Source: Bacilli bacterium (GTDB lineage Bacteria; Bacillota_I; Bacilli_A; RFN20; DUOF01). Taken from it: a DNA stretch of 64,000 nt. Location: contig JAZKZZ010000015.1 in assembly GCA_045612885.1 (NCBI GenBank), forward strand, positions 5,431 through 69,430, read 5' to 3'. Shown one piece after another: positions 20,650-32,312 of this stretch (its first letter is position 1; each line of letters starts with the position of its first letter). The notes below the pieces were generated by a model. That model had not been told where the DNA came from and did no database searches. It saw only the letters and a list, made by a program, of their open reading frames with translations. A program made the translations under genes and the position numbers.

Positions 20650-20678
20650 ATTTTATCATTGTAAATGAGGATTTTCAA
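20650..20678 (-). promoter_or_regulatory. Sigma-A-type promoter for the three-gene unit
   Basis: Minus-strand TTGAAA, 17-nt spacer, then TAAAAT, about 30 nt upstream of the ATG. Confidence 0.45.
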
Positions 20679-20777
20679 TGATTTTTTTAAGCCCTAAAAG
20701 GTCATAAAAAGAAAAAAACTCACTACCAATCTATATAATAGATTTTCATAAGTTTTTATCTAAATTTGTTATAAGTT

Positions 20778-22634
20778 TTAAATCTTCTTTATTAATAATC
20801 CTTGATTAGGTTTTAAATTAATCTTGATAGAATATTTTTTGCCATGCATATTCGCACTGGTAGTATTAATAAATTCATTATCATCATTACCCTCACCACC
20901 ATATTTTTTAGCATTAGAATCTAATATTACTTCATACTTTCCTTGTTTATTAACACCTAATTCATAATTATCTATACTTGCTGGCGCAAAATTAAACAAG
21001 CAAATAAGTTCTTCTCCCTTATGATTCTTTCTAATAAAGGCAATGACATTATTTTTAGTATCAACATTTAACCATTCAAATCCATTCCAAGAGAAATCTT
21101 CTTCATATAGACAAGTATTTTCCCTATATGTCCAGTTTAAATCGTGAACAAATTGTTTCATTTTGTTATGTTTTTCATACTCTAACAAGCAAAAATCAAT
21201 TCCTTCTTTATATGCCCATTCTTTAAATTGCGCAAATTCTGTTCCCATAAAAGTTAGCTTTTTCCCAGGATGTGCAAACATATATAACAAGAACACTCTC
21301 ATTGCATCAAATTTTTGTTCGTAACTACCAAACATTTTATTTAATAAAGAACACTTACCATGAACTACTTCATCATGTGATATTGGTAAAATAAAATTTT
21401 CACTGAAAGCATAATAAAATGAAAATGTTAATTTATTCATATGATGATGTCTAAAAAATGGATCTATTTTGACATATTCTAAACAGTCATTCATCCATCC
21501 CATATTCCATTTGTAATTGAACCCTAAACCTCCAATTTCAATTGGTTTAGTAACCATTGGCCAAGCAGTTGATTCCTCTGCTATCATAAGTGCATAAGGG
21601 TGTTCATTAAATATTGCACTGTTTAACTTTTTAAAGAATGCAATAGCCTCTAAATTCTTGTTTTCTCCATAAGTATTTTTATCCCATTCTCCATCTTTTC
21701 TATCGTAATCAAGATATAGCATACTCGCTACTGCATCAACTCTTATTCCATCTATATGATATTTATCAAATAACATATTAGCACTACTTACTAAGAAACT
21801 TTGTACTTCAGTTTTTCCATAGTTAAATATCCTTGTTCCCCATCCTTTATGTTCCATTCTTTTAGGATTAGGATCTTCATAAACATATCCACCATCAAAC
21901 TCTATTAAACCAAAACTGTCTTTAGCAAAGTGAGCTGGAACCCAGTCCATAATTACGCTAATATTCGCTTGGTGACACTTGTCTACAAAATACATGAAAT
22001 CATGAGGTGTTCCAAATCTACTTGTAATTGCAAAATACCCTGTTGCTTGATATCCCCACGAACCATCAAATGGGAATTCATATAAAGGCATAAGTTCAAT
22101 ATGTGTGTATCCCATCTCTTGAACATAAGGAATTAATTCATCTGCCATTGTTTTATATGAATAGTAATTGCCATCATTATGCTTCTTCCAACTAGCTAAA
22201 TTTATTTCGTATATATTCATTGGACTATTATAATGATTTCTTTTGTTTCTACTTTCTACATATACTCCATCATTCCACTCATATCCTTCAAGAGAATAGA
22301 CCTTACTTGCATCATCCCCATTAGTTTGACTATGAAACGAATATGGATCTGCTTTATTTATCACTTTTCCTCTTTTTGTAGTAATCGCATATTTATAACA
22401 ATCATACACTTTAGCATTATCAACGTACACCTCATATATACCTTGAGATATTTTTTTCATTACATGTGCATTTTTATCCCAATTATTAAAGTCTCCTACT
22501 ACACTAACACTTCTAGCATTAGGAGCATAAACTCTAAACACAAATCCATTACCTTCTTTGTGAGCGCCTAGAAACTCATAACTATGATAATATGTCCCCT
22601 GATGAAATAAATAACTCTTTTCCTCAGTTTTCAT
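20778..22634 (-). CDS. glgB: 1,4-alpha-glucan branching enzyme (GH13)
   Basis: N-terminal CBM48. GH13 catalytic regions GIRVDAV and IAEEST. 618 aa. Confidence 0.9.
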   Translation of the reverse strand: MKTEEKSYLFHQGTYYHSYEFLGAHKEGNGFVFRVYAPNARSVSVVGDFNNWDKNAHVMKKISQGIYEVYVDNAKVYDCYKYAITTKRGKVINKADPYSFHSQTNGDDASKVYSLEGYEWNDGVYVESRNKRNHYNSPMNIYEINLASWKKHNDGNYYSYKTMADELIPYVQEMGYTHIELMPLYEFPFDGSWGYQATGYFAITSRFGTPHDFMYFVDKCHQANISVIMDWVPAHFAKDSFGLIEFDGGYVYEDPNPKRMEHKGWGTRIFNYGKTEVQSFLVSSANMLFDKYHIDGIRVDAVASMLYLDYDRKDGEWDKNTYGENKNLEAIAFFKKLNSAIFNEHPYALMIAEESTAWPMVTKPIEIGGLGFNYKWNMGWMNDCLEYVKIDPFFRHHHMNKLTFSFYYAFSENFILPISHDEVVHGKCSLLNKMFGSYEQKFDAMRVFLLYMFAHPGKKLTFMGTEFAQFKEWAYKEGIDFCLLEYEKHNKMKQFVHDLNWTYRENTCLYEEDFSWNGFEWLNVDTKNNVIAFIRKNHKGEELICLFNFAPASIDNYELGVNKQGKYEVILDSNAKKYGGEGNDDNEFINTTSANMHGKKYSIKINLKPNQGLLIKKI

Positions 22635-24075
22635 CTTTACTCCTCCTACTAGTTACTACTAATTCATTTAAAAATTCAATATTAGTTTGATCATATAACT
22701 TTTTATTACTAGAATATGACCAATTTCCTCCAATAATTCCTGGAGTATTAAATCTATATTCATTTCCTTCGTTTAATAAATCTTGTGGATTAATAATAAT
22801 AACATTGCTATTAGATTCATATAACTTTTTGATTGATTCTCTAATAACTAAAATATTATCACTATTTTCATCTATGTTTAAATATTCACATACTTTAGCT
22901 TTATTTTCTTCATCTTCTAAAAAAGAAGGGAAAGTATCATTATCATGAGTACCTGTATATGCAATACAATTTTCATTATAATTGTGAGGTAAAAAAGGAC
23001 TATTTTCTTCACCAAAAGCAAATTGATAAACCTTCATTCCAGGATAGTTACTATATTCTTTTAATCTAATTACACCTTCACTTATAATACCTAAATCTTC
23101 AAGGATAAGATTATTAATATTATTTTCTTTTAGCAAATCAATAAATGTATATCCTGGCCCTTCCTTCCACTCTCCAACTTTTCCATCTTCACATCCAAAT
23201 GGAATTGTATAGTAATATTCTAAACCTCTAAAATGATCTATTTTTAAATAATCATAAACATTCAATAAATATTTATATTTATTAAGTAAGTATTCATAAC
23301 CATTTTCTTTTATATAATCATAATTATAAATAAGAGTATTCCACACTTGACCAGTGGTCGAAAAATAATCCGGTGGAACACCTGCTACTAATGTAGGAGT
23401 GAAATTTTCATCTAGTAAATACATCTCACTATCTGCCCAAGCCTCTTTACTATCCATTGCACTATTGCAAGGAGAATCTCCAATAATAAATATTCCTTTG
23501 CTATTAGCATATCCCTTTAGTTTAAACCATTGAAAAAAGAATAAGTATTGAGTAAATATATAAAAATTAACTCTATCTTTTTTCTTAGATAAATATTTTT
23601 TACATTCCTCTGATTCCCTATTTTTTAACTCTTTAGGAAACAATCTCAATTCTTTATATTCCTCTAATAAAGTCATAAATTCACCATAAGGAATAACCCA
23701 GTCATTTTCTTTAATAAACTCTCTTATTTGTCTAGAAAAATCAATACCTTTATATACATCATATAAATATTTCATTTTCAACTTTTTATACTCTTGATAA
23801 GTTAATTTTTTATTTTCTTCAATCATTCTATATTCAGATAAACTTACATATCCTTTTAAATCAATAAATAAAGGGTTTCCAGAATTAATACATGTCGAAG
23901 AAAATGGTGATGCATATACATCAACATCATTTATAGGTAAAACTTGCCAGTAAATTTGTCCACTTTTAGCTAAAAAATCCACAAATTCATACGCTTCTTT
24001 ACCCATAGTTCCAAATTTAGACTTGTTTGGCAATGAGAATATTGGCATTAATATCCCTGCTCCTCTTTTCATCAT
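22624..24075 (-). CDS. malQ: 4-alpha-glucanotransferase (amylomaltase, GH77)
   Basis: GH77-type sequence and size (483 aa). Overlaps the glgB start region. Confidence 0.8.
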   Translation of the reverse strand: MMKRGAGILMPIFSLPNKSKFGTMGKEAYEFVDFLAKSGQIYWQVLPINDVDVYASPFSSTCINSGNPLFIDLKGYVSLSEYRMIEENKKLTYQEYKKLKMKYLYDVYKGIDFSRQIREFIKENDWVIPYGEFMTLLEEYKELRLFPKELKNRESEECKKYLSKKKDRVNFYIFTQYLFFFQWFKLKGYANSKGIFIIGDSPCNSAMDSKEAWADSEMYLLDENFTPTLVAGVPPDYFSTTGQVWNTLIYNYDYIKENGYEYLLNKYKYLLNVYDYLKIDHFRGLEYYYTIPFGCEDGKVGEWKEGPGYTFIDLLKENNINNLILEDLGIISEGVIRLKEYSNYPGMKVYQFAFGEENSPFLPHNYNENCIAYTGTHDNDTFPSFLEDEENKAKVCEYLNIDENSDNILVIRESIKKLYESNSNVIIINPQDLLNEGNEYRFNTPGIIGGNWSYSSNKKLYDQTNIEFLNELVVTSRRSKDEN

Positions 24076-25031
24076 TTCACCCCTTTATAATTTTTATAGA
24101 AATTAAAATAAAAACTACTATCTACTTCTTTTAATATTTGTTTAATCCCTAAAGATACGGCACCATAAACTGTCTTTTTATTTGTTACATTCACTAAGTA
24201 TTTATCTCCTATATATTTTTTAAATAAATCCACAATAAATTCATTGTTTTCAAATATCCCACCAAATAAATAAACTTCAACAGTACCACTGATATCCTTA
24301 GTTTTACTAATTACTATACTAGATAAATTTTCTAATCGCTTATTTACTATATTTTTAGCTACTTTATCATCTTTTTTATATGCTTCTATAACAAGTTTAG
24401 ACAAAGAGGCAACCCCTTTTATTCCTTCATTATAAATTTGAGCCATACTATACCATAATGAATGTCCATAGTGTTCTTCTAATAAATTCACTAGAATCGT
24501 ATCTTCCTTTACTCCATTTATCGCTCCACTACTAGCTATTAGGGCATCTTTTCCTAAATCAAATCCACAAAAATAATCATCAGGAAGATATCCCCAACCT
24601 CCAACGTGACTGAATTCATTATTTTTCTTTATAGCCATATTAAATCCAGTTCCAGATATTATAACTACTCCATTATTCTTATTTCCTAAACTGGCTTCTT
24701 TTACACTAGCCAAGTCGCCTTCTACTACTATATTTTCAAATTTCAAACTTGATTGAAGTTTTTCTTTTAATATCGTTTTAGAATCACCAAATTCAATGCC
24801 TGCAATTGCTAAAAGTACACATTCTACTTCCAAATTTTCATCATTGGCAATTGTTAACATGTCCTTTAGAGCATTATTTAGAGTAGAAAATGAATTTTCC
24901 ATTCCAACATCATTAGGATTAGTACAATTAACAATTTTGTGAGCAAAAATATTTCCTAATGTATCCACTAGAACCAACTCTGTTTTACTACCTCCACCAT
25001 CAACTGCAATAAATCCTTTCATGTTATTCAC
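24072..25031 (-). CDS. BadF/BadG/BcrA/BcrD-type ATPase (GlcNAc-kinase-like sugar kinase; probable glucokinase in this context)
   Basis: IAVDGGGSKTELVL phosphate-1 motif. ASKHA fold. Confidence 0.65.
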   Translation of the reverse strand: MNNMKGFIAVDGGGSKTELVLVDTLGNIFAHKIVNCTNPNDVGMENSFSTLNNALKDMLTIANDENLEVECVLLAIAGIEFGDSKTILKEKLQSSLKFENIVVEGDLASVKEASLGNKNNGVVIISGTGFNMAIKKNNEFSHVGGWGYLPDDYFCGFDLGKDALIASSGAINGVKEDTILVNLLEEHYGHSLWYSMAQIYNEGIKGVASLSKLVIEAYKKDDKVAKNIVNKRLENLSSIVISKTKDISGTVEVYLFGGIFENNEFIVDLFKKYIGDKYLVNVTNKKTVYGAVSLGIKQILKEVDSSFYFNFYKNYKGVK

Positions 25032-26403
25032 CTACTTCTTTTAATAATTTGTTAATCAAAGTATCCATTTCAAGACGAATAACTCTCAAGTTTTCTTCAC
25101 TATTAGCCTCATATCTAATAGTCAAATTAGGTCCCGTATTAGAAAATCTAACAAGTGCCCAGCCATTATCAAACTCAATTCTTATTCCATCCATTTCAAA
25201 TGAATTATAACCCTTGCTATGAGAATACTCTTTAACTTTCTCTACAACTCTTCTTTTTCCTTGTTCTCCTGCTTTAACTTCATAATATACTGAATAGTAA
25301 ACATTAACTGTATTTAATAATTCACTGACTTTGGTACCAGTATTTACTAACATTTCCACAAATCTACAACCAGCATAGATTCCATCATCAAATCCAGCCC
25401 ATCTATCTCTATAAAATACATGTCCAGAATATTCTCCACCGAGTGAAAAATTATCTTCTTTCATTTTCTTATTTAAATATGAATTTCCTGTTCTATACAT
25501 TACGCCATTTATATTTTTCTCATTTAATCCATCAATCAATGCTTTAGAACATTTAACATCATATAAGACTTTATTTTCATTTAAAGCATCTTTTAAATAT
25601 CTAGCCATAAATAACAAATATAAATCTGCTTGTACATACTCTCCTTTTTCACTAACTATAGCTACTCTATCTCCATCACCATCAATACCAATACCTAAAT
25701 CATAACCTAATTCCACTACTTTATTTTTCAAATCAATCAAATTGCTTTCAACTGATGGATCTGCATCATGATTAGGGAAAGTTCCATCACTCTCACAATA
25801 AAGAAGATAGTACTCGATTCCTAATCTATCTAAAACGTCTTTGATAATTATAGAGCCAACACCATTACCACAATCTACTACAACTTTGATATCTTTATGT
25901 TTTAAATTAATAGAGTTAGCAAAGTAATCTAAATAGCTTTCTTTTATATCAAAATAGGTATATGTTCCCTCTCCCATTTTATGTTTTTTTTCTACACAAA
26001 ACTTATAAAAATCTTGAATGTATGGTCCATAGGCATTTCCTATCTCATTAAACGAGATTTTAAAACCATTATATTCTTTAGGGTTATGACTTGCTGTAAC
26101 CATAATACCTGCATATAATTTCAAAGAATATCTAGCAAAATAGAACATTGGAGTAGTAACTTCACCAAGATCAACCACACCGCATCCAGTACTAGTAATC
26201 CCCTTAATTAAAGCACTAGCAAATAAAGGAGATTCTTTACGGTTATCATGACCTATAACAACCATATGAATTCCTAAATCTTGTACATAGCTACCATAAT
26301 TTACTCCTAAAGTATAAGCAACGTCTTCATCAATAAGTTCTCCTACTATACCTCTTAAATCATATTCTCTAAATAAAACTGGATTTAAATCAACTATTTT
26401 CAT
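25024..26403 (-). CDS. Phosphoglucomutase/phosphomannomutase (alpha-D-phosphohexomutase)
   Basis: Active-site Ser motif TASHNP. Metal loop DGDGDR. 459 aa. Confidence 0.85.
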   Translation of the reverse strand: MKIVDLNPVLFREYDLRGIVGELIDEDVAYTLGVNYGSYVQDLGIHMVVIGHDNRKESPLFASALIKGITSTGCGVVDLGEVTTPMFYFARYSLKLYAGIMVTASHNPKEYNGFKISFNEIGNAYGPYIQDFYKFCVEKKHKMGEGTYTYFDIKESYLDYFANSINLKHKDIKVVVDCGNGVGSIIIKDVLDRLGIEYYLLYCESDGTFPNHDADPSVESNLIDLKNKVVELGYDLGIGIDGDGDRVAIVSEKGEYVQADLYLLFMARYLKDALNENKVLYDVKCSKALIDGLNEKNINGVMYRTGNSYLNKKMKEDNFSLGGEYSGHVFYRDRWAGFDDGIYAGCRFVEMLVNTGTKVSELLNTVNVYYSVYYEVKAGEQGKRRVVEKVKEYSHSKGYNSFEMDGIRIEFDNGWALVRFSNTGPNLTIRYEANSEENLRVIRLEMDTLINKLLKEVGE

Positions 26404-27611
26404 TATTTTACCTCCAAAGCATCATGTAATAAGTTTTTATATTCACTAACTCCTGGTTGATCAAAAGGATTAACATCTAATAAATATCCACCAACAGCAG
26501 CAGCAACTTCAAAAAAATAAATTAAACTACCAACATTCTCTTCATTAAGTTTATCAAGTTTAAACATCAATGATGGAGTATGACCATTAAAGTGAGCTTT
26601 AGCCACTCTATCACTAGCTACTAAATTAATCTCATTTAAATCTTGCTTATACTTATCAAGTTTAACCTTAATATTATCTTCAACAACAATTACAGACTCA
26701 AATAATATTGGATTTCCTTCTTGTAAGAATTGTCCTAAAGAATGTAAATCTCTACTATTCACAAGAGAAACAGGGAAAATACCTAAGTTATTTTTACCTT
26801 GAGTTTCTCCATACAATTGTTTTAGCCATTCACTAAAGTAATAAAGTTTTGGCTCATAAACTGTATAAGATTCTACTAGTTTCCCTTTTCTGTATAAAAT
26901 ATCTCTAATACAAGCATATTCGAATGCTTCATTTAAATAATTCTTACCTTTTTTAGCGCCTTTTAATAATTTAGAAGCAGAAATTCCTGCTACCTCGATT
27001 GGAAGTAATCCCACAGGTGATAATACTGAATATCTACCACCAATTTTATCTGGAACAGTAAAAGTAGTATACCCCTCACTATCTGCAAGTTTTTTTAATT
27101 CTCCCTTTTCTTTATCTGTTGTCACTATAATTCTTTCTTTTAATTCTTCTTTACTATATTTTTTATTCATAAGTTTTAAAATTAAATCAAAAGCAATTGC
27201 AGGTTCTAAAGTAGTACCACTTTTACTTACTACATTCACATAAACATTTTTGTCTTTGATATATTCTAATAGTTCACTAGTATAGGTACTTGATAAATTA
27301 TATCCAGCATAAAGAATTTCTATTTTTTCCTTTTTAAAATAACTAGAGAACATATCTATAACAGCTTTAGCTCCTAAATAAGATCCTCCGATTCCAACAA
27401 CCACTAAAACATCAGCATCATTTCTTATTTTCTTAGCTACTTTTTTTAGTCTTTTTAACTCTTCTTCACTAATACAAGTCTCGACATCATACCAATCTAA
27501 CATATCTTCTTTATTTTCTAATATCGGTTTAATATTTTCTATTTTTTCTTTATATGTTACTTTCTCGCTTTCTAAATCTTCTATATATGTTTTAAAATCA
27601 AATTTTAACAT
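26403..27611 (-). CDS. pgi: Glucose-6-phosphate isomerase
   Basis: SIS-domain motifs VVVGIGGSYLGAKAV and later PGI signature regions. 402 aa. Confidence 0.85.
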   Translation of the reverse strand: MLKFDFKTYIEDLESEKVTYKEKIENIKPILENKEDMLDWYDVETCISEEELKRLKKVAKKIRNDADVLVVVGIGGSYLGAKAVIDMFSSYFKKEKIEILYAGYNLSSTYTSELLEYIKDKNVYVNVVSKSGTTLEPAIAFDLILKLMNKKYSKEELKERIIVTTDKEKGELKKLADSEGYTTFTVPDKIGGRYSVLSPVGLLPIEVAGISASKLLKGAKKGKNYLNEAFEYACIRDILYRKGKLVESYTVYEPKLYYFSEWLKQLYGETQGKNNLGIFPVSLVNSRDLHSLGQFLQEGNPILFESVIVVEDNIKVKLDKYKQDLNEINLVASDRVAKAHFNGHTPSLMFKLDKLNEENVGSLIYFFEVAAAVGGYLLDVNPFDQPGVSEYKNLLHDALEVK

Positions 27612-27708
27612 TAATAATCACCTCATATCCCTATACTAACATAATTAAAAAAATTTTATTATTAAATAATAAAATTATATTTTAAATATAAAAAAAATAG
27701 GCTTTTAC

Positions 27709-28509
27709 CTATTTATTTTTTAAATCTTCATCAATAAGTTCTGCAAAACTCTCTACTTCTAATACATCCTTTGTATCATCTATATCAAGAGTTAAGAAAT
27801 CTAATCCTTTTGGATAATTTATGGTTAACTCTTTTGGATAGTTTACTACTAACTTAGAATTGAAATTAGCAGCAACACATCTCATTTCTGTTATAAGATA
27901 ATTTGAAGACACGTCATATTCCCACACTAATTCATCTTCTGTAAATGTTAAAGTATATGTATTGTCTGCATTTTTTACATATGTTGCCTTTTCTTTTAAA
28001 TTTTCGAAATTAAATCCTTCTAATTTATTTTCCATAACAATAGAAGAAAAATTTTCTCTATCATAAGTAGCATTTAATCTTTCCAATGTATCTTTAGCCT
28101 CTACAACAACATTTTTAATATCATCCTTTAGGATTACATTTGCACCGTTATGAGGATATATAATATATAATTTTTGATTTTTAGCATAGATATCGACATT
28201 CTTATCATTAAGCTTTGCTTTAGCTGATAAATCCCAATCAATTTTTTTATCTTTAGTTAAAGCGTTATATTCAATAACATAAGTTCCTTTAGTGTTAGTT
28301 AAAGTATATGTTCCACTAACAGCATTAACTTTCTTCATCATTGTTTCCACATTGCTAACTAATGAATTGATATCACCAACAGCAGCCAAACCAGTAGAAT
28401 CTAAGTTATTTGAAGCGCTTCTATTAAACACTTTAGAAAAACATCCAGAAAAAGAAAAACACATGACCAAACAAGTTAAAATTCTAATAACTTTTTTCAT
28501 CGCTTTCAC
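27709..28509 (-). CDS. Putative lipoprotein of unknown function
   Basis: Signal peptide with an FSGC lipobox (..MCFSFSGCFS). Confidence 0.6.
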   Translation of the reverse strand: MKAMKKVIRILTCLVMCFSFSGCFSKVFNRSASNNLDSTGLAAVGDINSLVSNVETMMKKVNAVSGTYTLTNTKGTYVIEYNALTKDKKIDWDLSAKAKLNDKNVDIYAKNQKLYIIYPHNGANVILKDDIKNVVVEAKDTLERLNATYDRENFSSIVMENKLEGFNFENLKEKATYVKNADNTYTLTFTEDELVWEYDVSSNYLITEMRCVAANFNSKLVVNYPKELTINYPKGLDFLTLDIDDTKDVLEVESFAELIDEDLKNK

Positions 28510-28922
28510 CTCTTTTTTCTTTTATTTTTCCACACTATTGCTATTATTATACTAACACTTAAAAACATTAAAATCAATATTTTGAATTCTTGATAAAACA
28601 TTATTAACGAATCTATATTTATCAAAACTGATACTCCTAATGATATTAAACAACTATTGCAAATAATTATCCCTAAACTAGAAAGTAAAAGAAAATTCAA
28701 ATATTTTTGATGATATATACCTGCTAATAAAGAAATAGCTAGTTTAGAAAAGGGCATTAACTTGCAAATAAAGACAGAAACATTACCATATTTACTAAAT
28801 AAAGTCTGTCCTTTCTTTAGTTTGTTCTCATATCTACTTAAAATCCTATATCCCCCATAATAACCAACGCTATATATCCCTATATTAAAAAGAAGAGAAA
28901 AAATGCTACTAAGCAAAATCAA
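28506..28922 (-). CDS. Short DedA/VTT-domain-like membrane protein (138 aa)
   Basis: Segment FICKLMPFSKLAISLLAGIY...LSSLGIIICNSCLISLG resembles the DedA C-terminal core. Shorter than typical DedA. Confidence 0.45.
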   Translation of the reverse strand: MILLSSIFSLLFNIGIYSVGYYGGYRILSRYENKLKKGQTLFSKYGNVSVFICKLMPFSKLAISLLAGIYHQKYLNFLLLSSLGIIICNSCLISLGVSVLINIDSLIMFYQEFKILILMFLSVSIIIAIVWKNKRKKR

Positions 28923-28990
28923 ACCAAGTATACTATTCCTCCTTTAAATACTCTTTAAATCATATGTAATAATAAATAAAGATATTAAAA

Positions 28991-29011
28991 AACTGTTTTT
29001 TACAAACAGTT
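28991..29011 (-). terminator. Terminator hairpin overlapping the stop of the 584-aa gene
   Basis: aactgttt-tttac-aaacagtt, followed by a T-run on the minus strand. Confidence 0.55.
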
Positions 29012-30754
29012 CTTTTTGTTAATTATGTTATCTTTATTTATCGTTTCTTTCAAAAGTTTACTTTCTTTCCTTATGTTTTCTATTAATTCTTCTCTACTTA
29101 TATTAAGTTTAGAAATTATTCCTTTTGACATACTGTCACTAAAAGAATATTTATATGCTATTTTTAAATAAGGATTATCATGAATTTTTTCATATACGTC
29201 AATAATTTGATTTCTATCCATATCTAAGAATTCTTCAACACTACACTCAAATACATAAATATAGAAGGCTAAAGCATATTGCGTTAAGCATTGCACTCCT
29301 GATTTAGTTAATTTATTGTGCATTTTTATTTTTTCTTGTCTTAAATACATATTTAAAGGAATCTTATTAACATTTACTACTCTTGCTATTTCTCCTTTGC
29401 TTATTCCTTTTACCATCGCAGTATAAAAAACTCCTTTATCTTTGATACTATTTCGTATCTTATCATCTTCTTCTTTTTCTTCTTTTATATTTTCAAATAT
29501 TCCTTGCTCTGATAAGATCAATTTAACCAAATCCAAATTATAGGTAATTGTATGCGATTTAACTTCGCCATTACTAAGCAGTTCTTTAACTGTCCTTTTA
29601 TTAACAAAAAATTCAATAAAATAAGGAGAATTATTAATTATTTCAACAAGCATATTTCTTATTTTACCTTCTTGCAGATTCAGAATAGATTTATCTAAAT
29701 TTAATCTTTTTAAAAATCTAAATAAAACTTCATCAACAATCACATCACTAATGATAGTATCCGTTTTTTCAACGTTATAATTTTTGAGTTTATTTTTTAC
29801 TCTTTCTACTTCATTTTTAAATAAATTAATAGATTCCTCTTGAAATTTAGACATAACAAAAGTACTTTTTCCCCTATAATTGGTATCAATACACATCTTC
29901 TTTATGATTTTATTAGATTTCATCTCTTCATAAATAAATTTTATTTTTTCTTCGCTTATATTTACAATATCATCAACCGAACAGTCAAAAACGCTCAAAT
30001 AAAATTTCAATCCTCTTTTGGATAATCTGTTTACACCCTTACTTGCTAAAATTTCTATCAGTCTATGTCTTTCAGCACTTGTTTTAATACTAATGTGATT
30101 ATAATCAACATTAATAACATGTGCAATTTGTTCTGCGCTATAACCATAAATATACATAGCACCTAAAACACCATATTTAGTTATTTTATATCTAAGATCT
30201 TTATTATCTTCTAGTGAACTGCTTTCAATATCATATATACCTTTTTCCGCTAATTTAATTTTCACTTTTGCCCATTGTTCATATGTTTTTAATGATATTG
30301 CTTGTGTTGTCATATTTCCTTCACTTGCTTTTACACTTAACTTTGTTTGTCTTATAAATCTTTCTAATAATAAAGGATCATTATTAATTTCTTTTAATAG
30401 TGTTGATCTATATGCGGCATTATATTGATTAAGTACCTTTTCCAATGCTAAGGATTTTTTATTATCTTTAATACCTCGAGCATATTTAAAAAATGAATCT
30501 TCCAATTTGTTATAAATTAGCTCTAAATAGTCTTCTTTGTATTTAGCAATCTGATAAATATCTTCTCCAAAAAAATCAGTGATAATCTCTTGTACGATAT
30601 CATTATCAAGTTGATAACTATATTTATCAAATATCTTAGAAATAAGTTTATAGATAACTTTTACTTCTCTTTCCCCAAAGATATACTTTCTATCCAAAAT
30701 TGCATCTCTATTGCTTGTTATAATTTCATCTAATCTAGGTTGCTTAATATTCAT
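29000..30754 (-). CDS. Hypothetical 584-aa protein with two diverged copies of an HTH-like module
   Basis: The internal repeat GYSAEQIAHVINV...KGVNRL...FYLSVFDCSVDDI aligns with GISKGEIARVVNV...SGVQCL...FYIYVFECSVEEF. Confidence 0.6.
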   Translation of the reverse strand: MNIKQPRLDEIITSNRDAILDRKYIFGEREVKVIYKLISKIFDKYSYQLDNDIVQEIITDFFGEDIYQIAKYKEDYLELIYNKLEDSFFKYARGIKDNKKSLALEKVLNQYNAAYRSTLLKEINNDPLLLERFIRQTKLSVKASEGNMTTQAISLKTYEQWAKVKIKLAEKGIYDIESSSLEDNKDLRYKITKYGVLGAMYIYGYSAEQIAHVINVDYNHISIKTSAERHRLIEILASKGVNRLSKRGLKFYLSVFDCSVDDIVNISEEKIKFIYEEMKSNKIIKKMCIDTNYRGKSTFVMSKFQEESINLFKNEVERVKNKLKNYNVEKTDTIISDVIVDEVLFRFLKRLNLDKSILNLQEGKIRNMLVEIINNSPYFIEFFVNKRTVKELLSNGEVKSHTITYNLDLVKLILSEQGIFENIKEEKEEDDKIRNSIKDKGVFYTAMVKGISKGEIARVVNVNKIPLNMYLRQEKIKMHNKLTKSGVQCLTQYALAFYIYVFECSVEEFLDMDRNQIIDVYEKIHDNPYLKIAYKYSFSDSMSKGIISKLNISREELIENIRKESKLLKETINKDNIINKKNCL

Positions 30755-30816
30755 CTTATCACCATTCCTAGTTTATTTTAACATGATAAACTTATTGCTT
30801 CAAGGGCAAAATTTCT

Positions 30817-30842
30817 TTTAAAAAAGATGCCGAAGCATCTTT
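30817..30842 (-). terminator. eno terminator
   Basis: agatgc-cgaa-gcatct hairpin, followed by a T-run on the minus strand. Confidence 0.65.
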
Positions 30843-30843
30843 A

Positions 30844-32151
<1,308 letters not shown>

Positions 32152-32278
32152 TTATACATCTACCATTAATGTATCATTTTTATTTTCATTTAGCAATTAA
32201 AGAGCCCTTAAGATTTAAAAACATCATATTTTTAATATATTAAAAATTATAATAGGACTTTCTTTTACCAACATTATA

Positions 32279-32306
32279 AAAAACACCTATCATCTGACAG
32301 GTGTTT
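32279..32306 (-). terminator. Terminator after the two anchored-protein genes, upstream of eno
   Basis: acacct-gtcagatgat-aggtgt hairpin, followed by T6 on the minus strand. Confidence 0.55.
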
Positions 32307-32312
32307 TAATTA

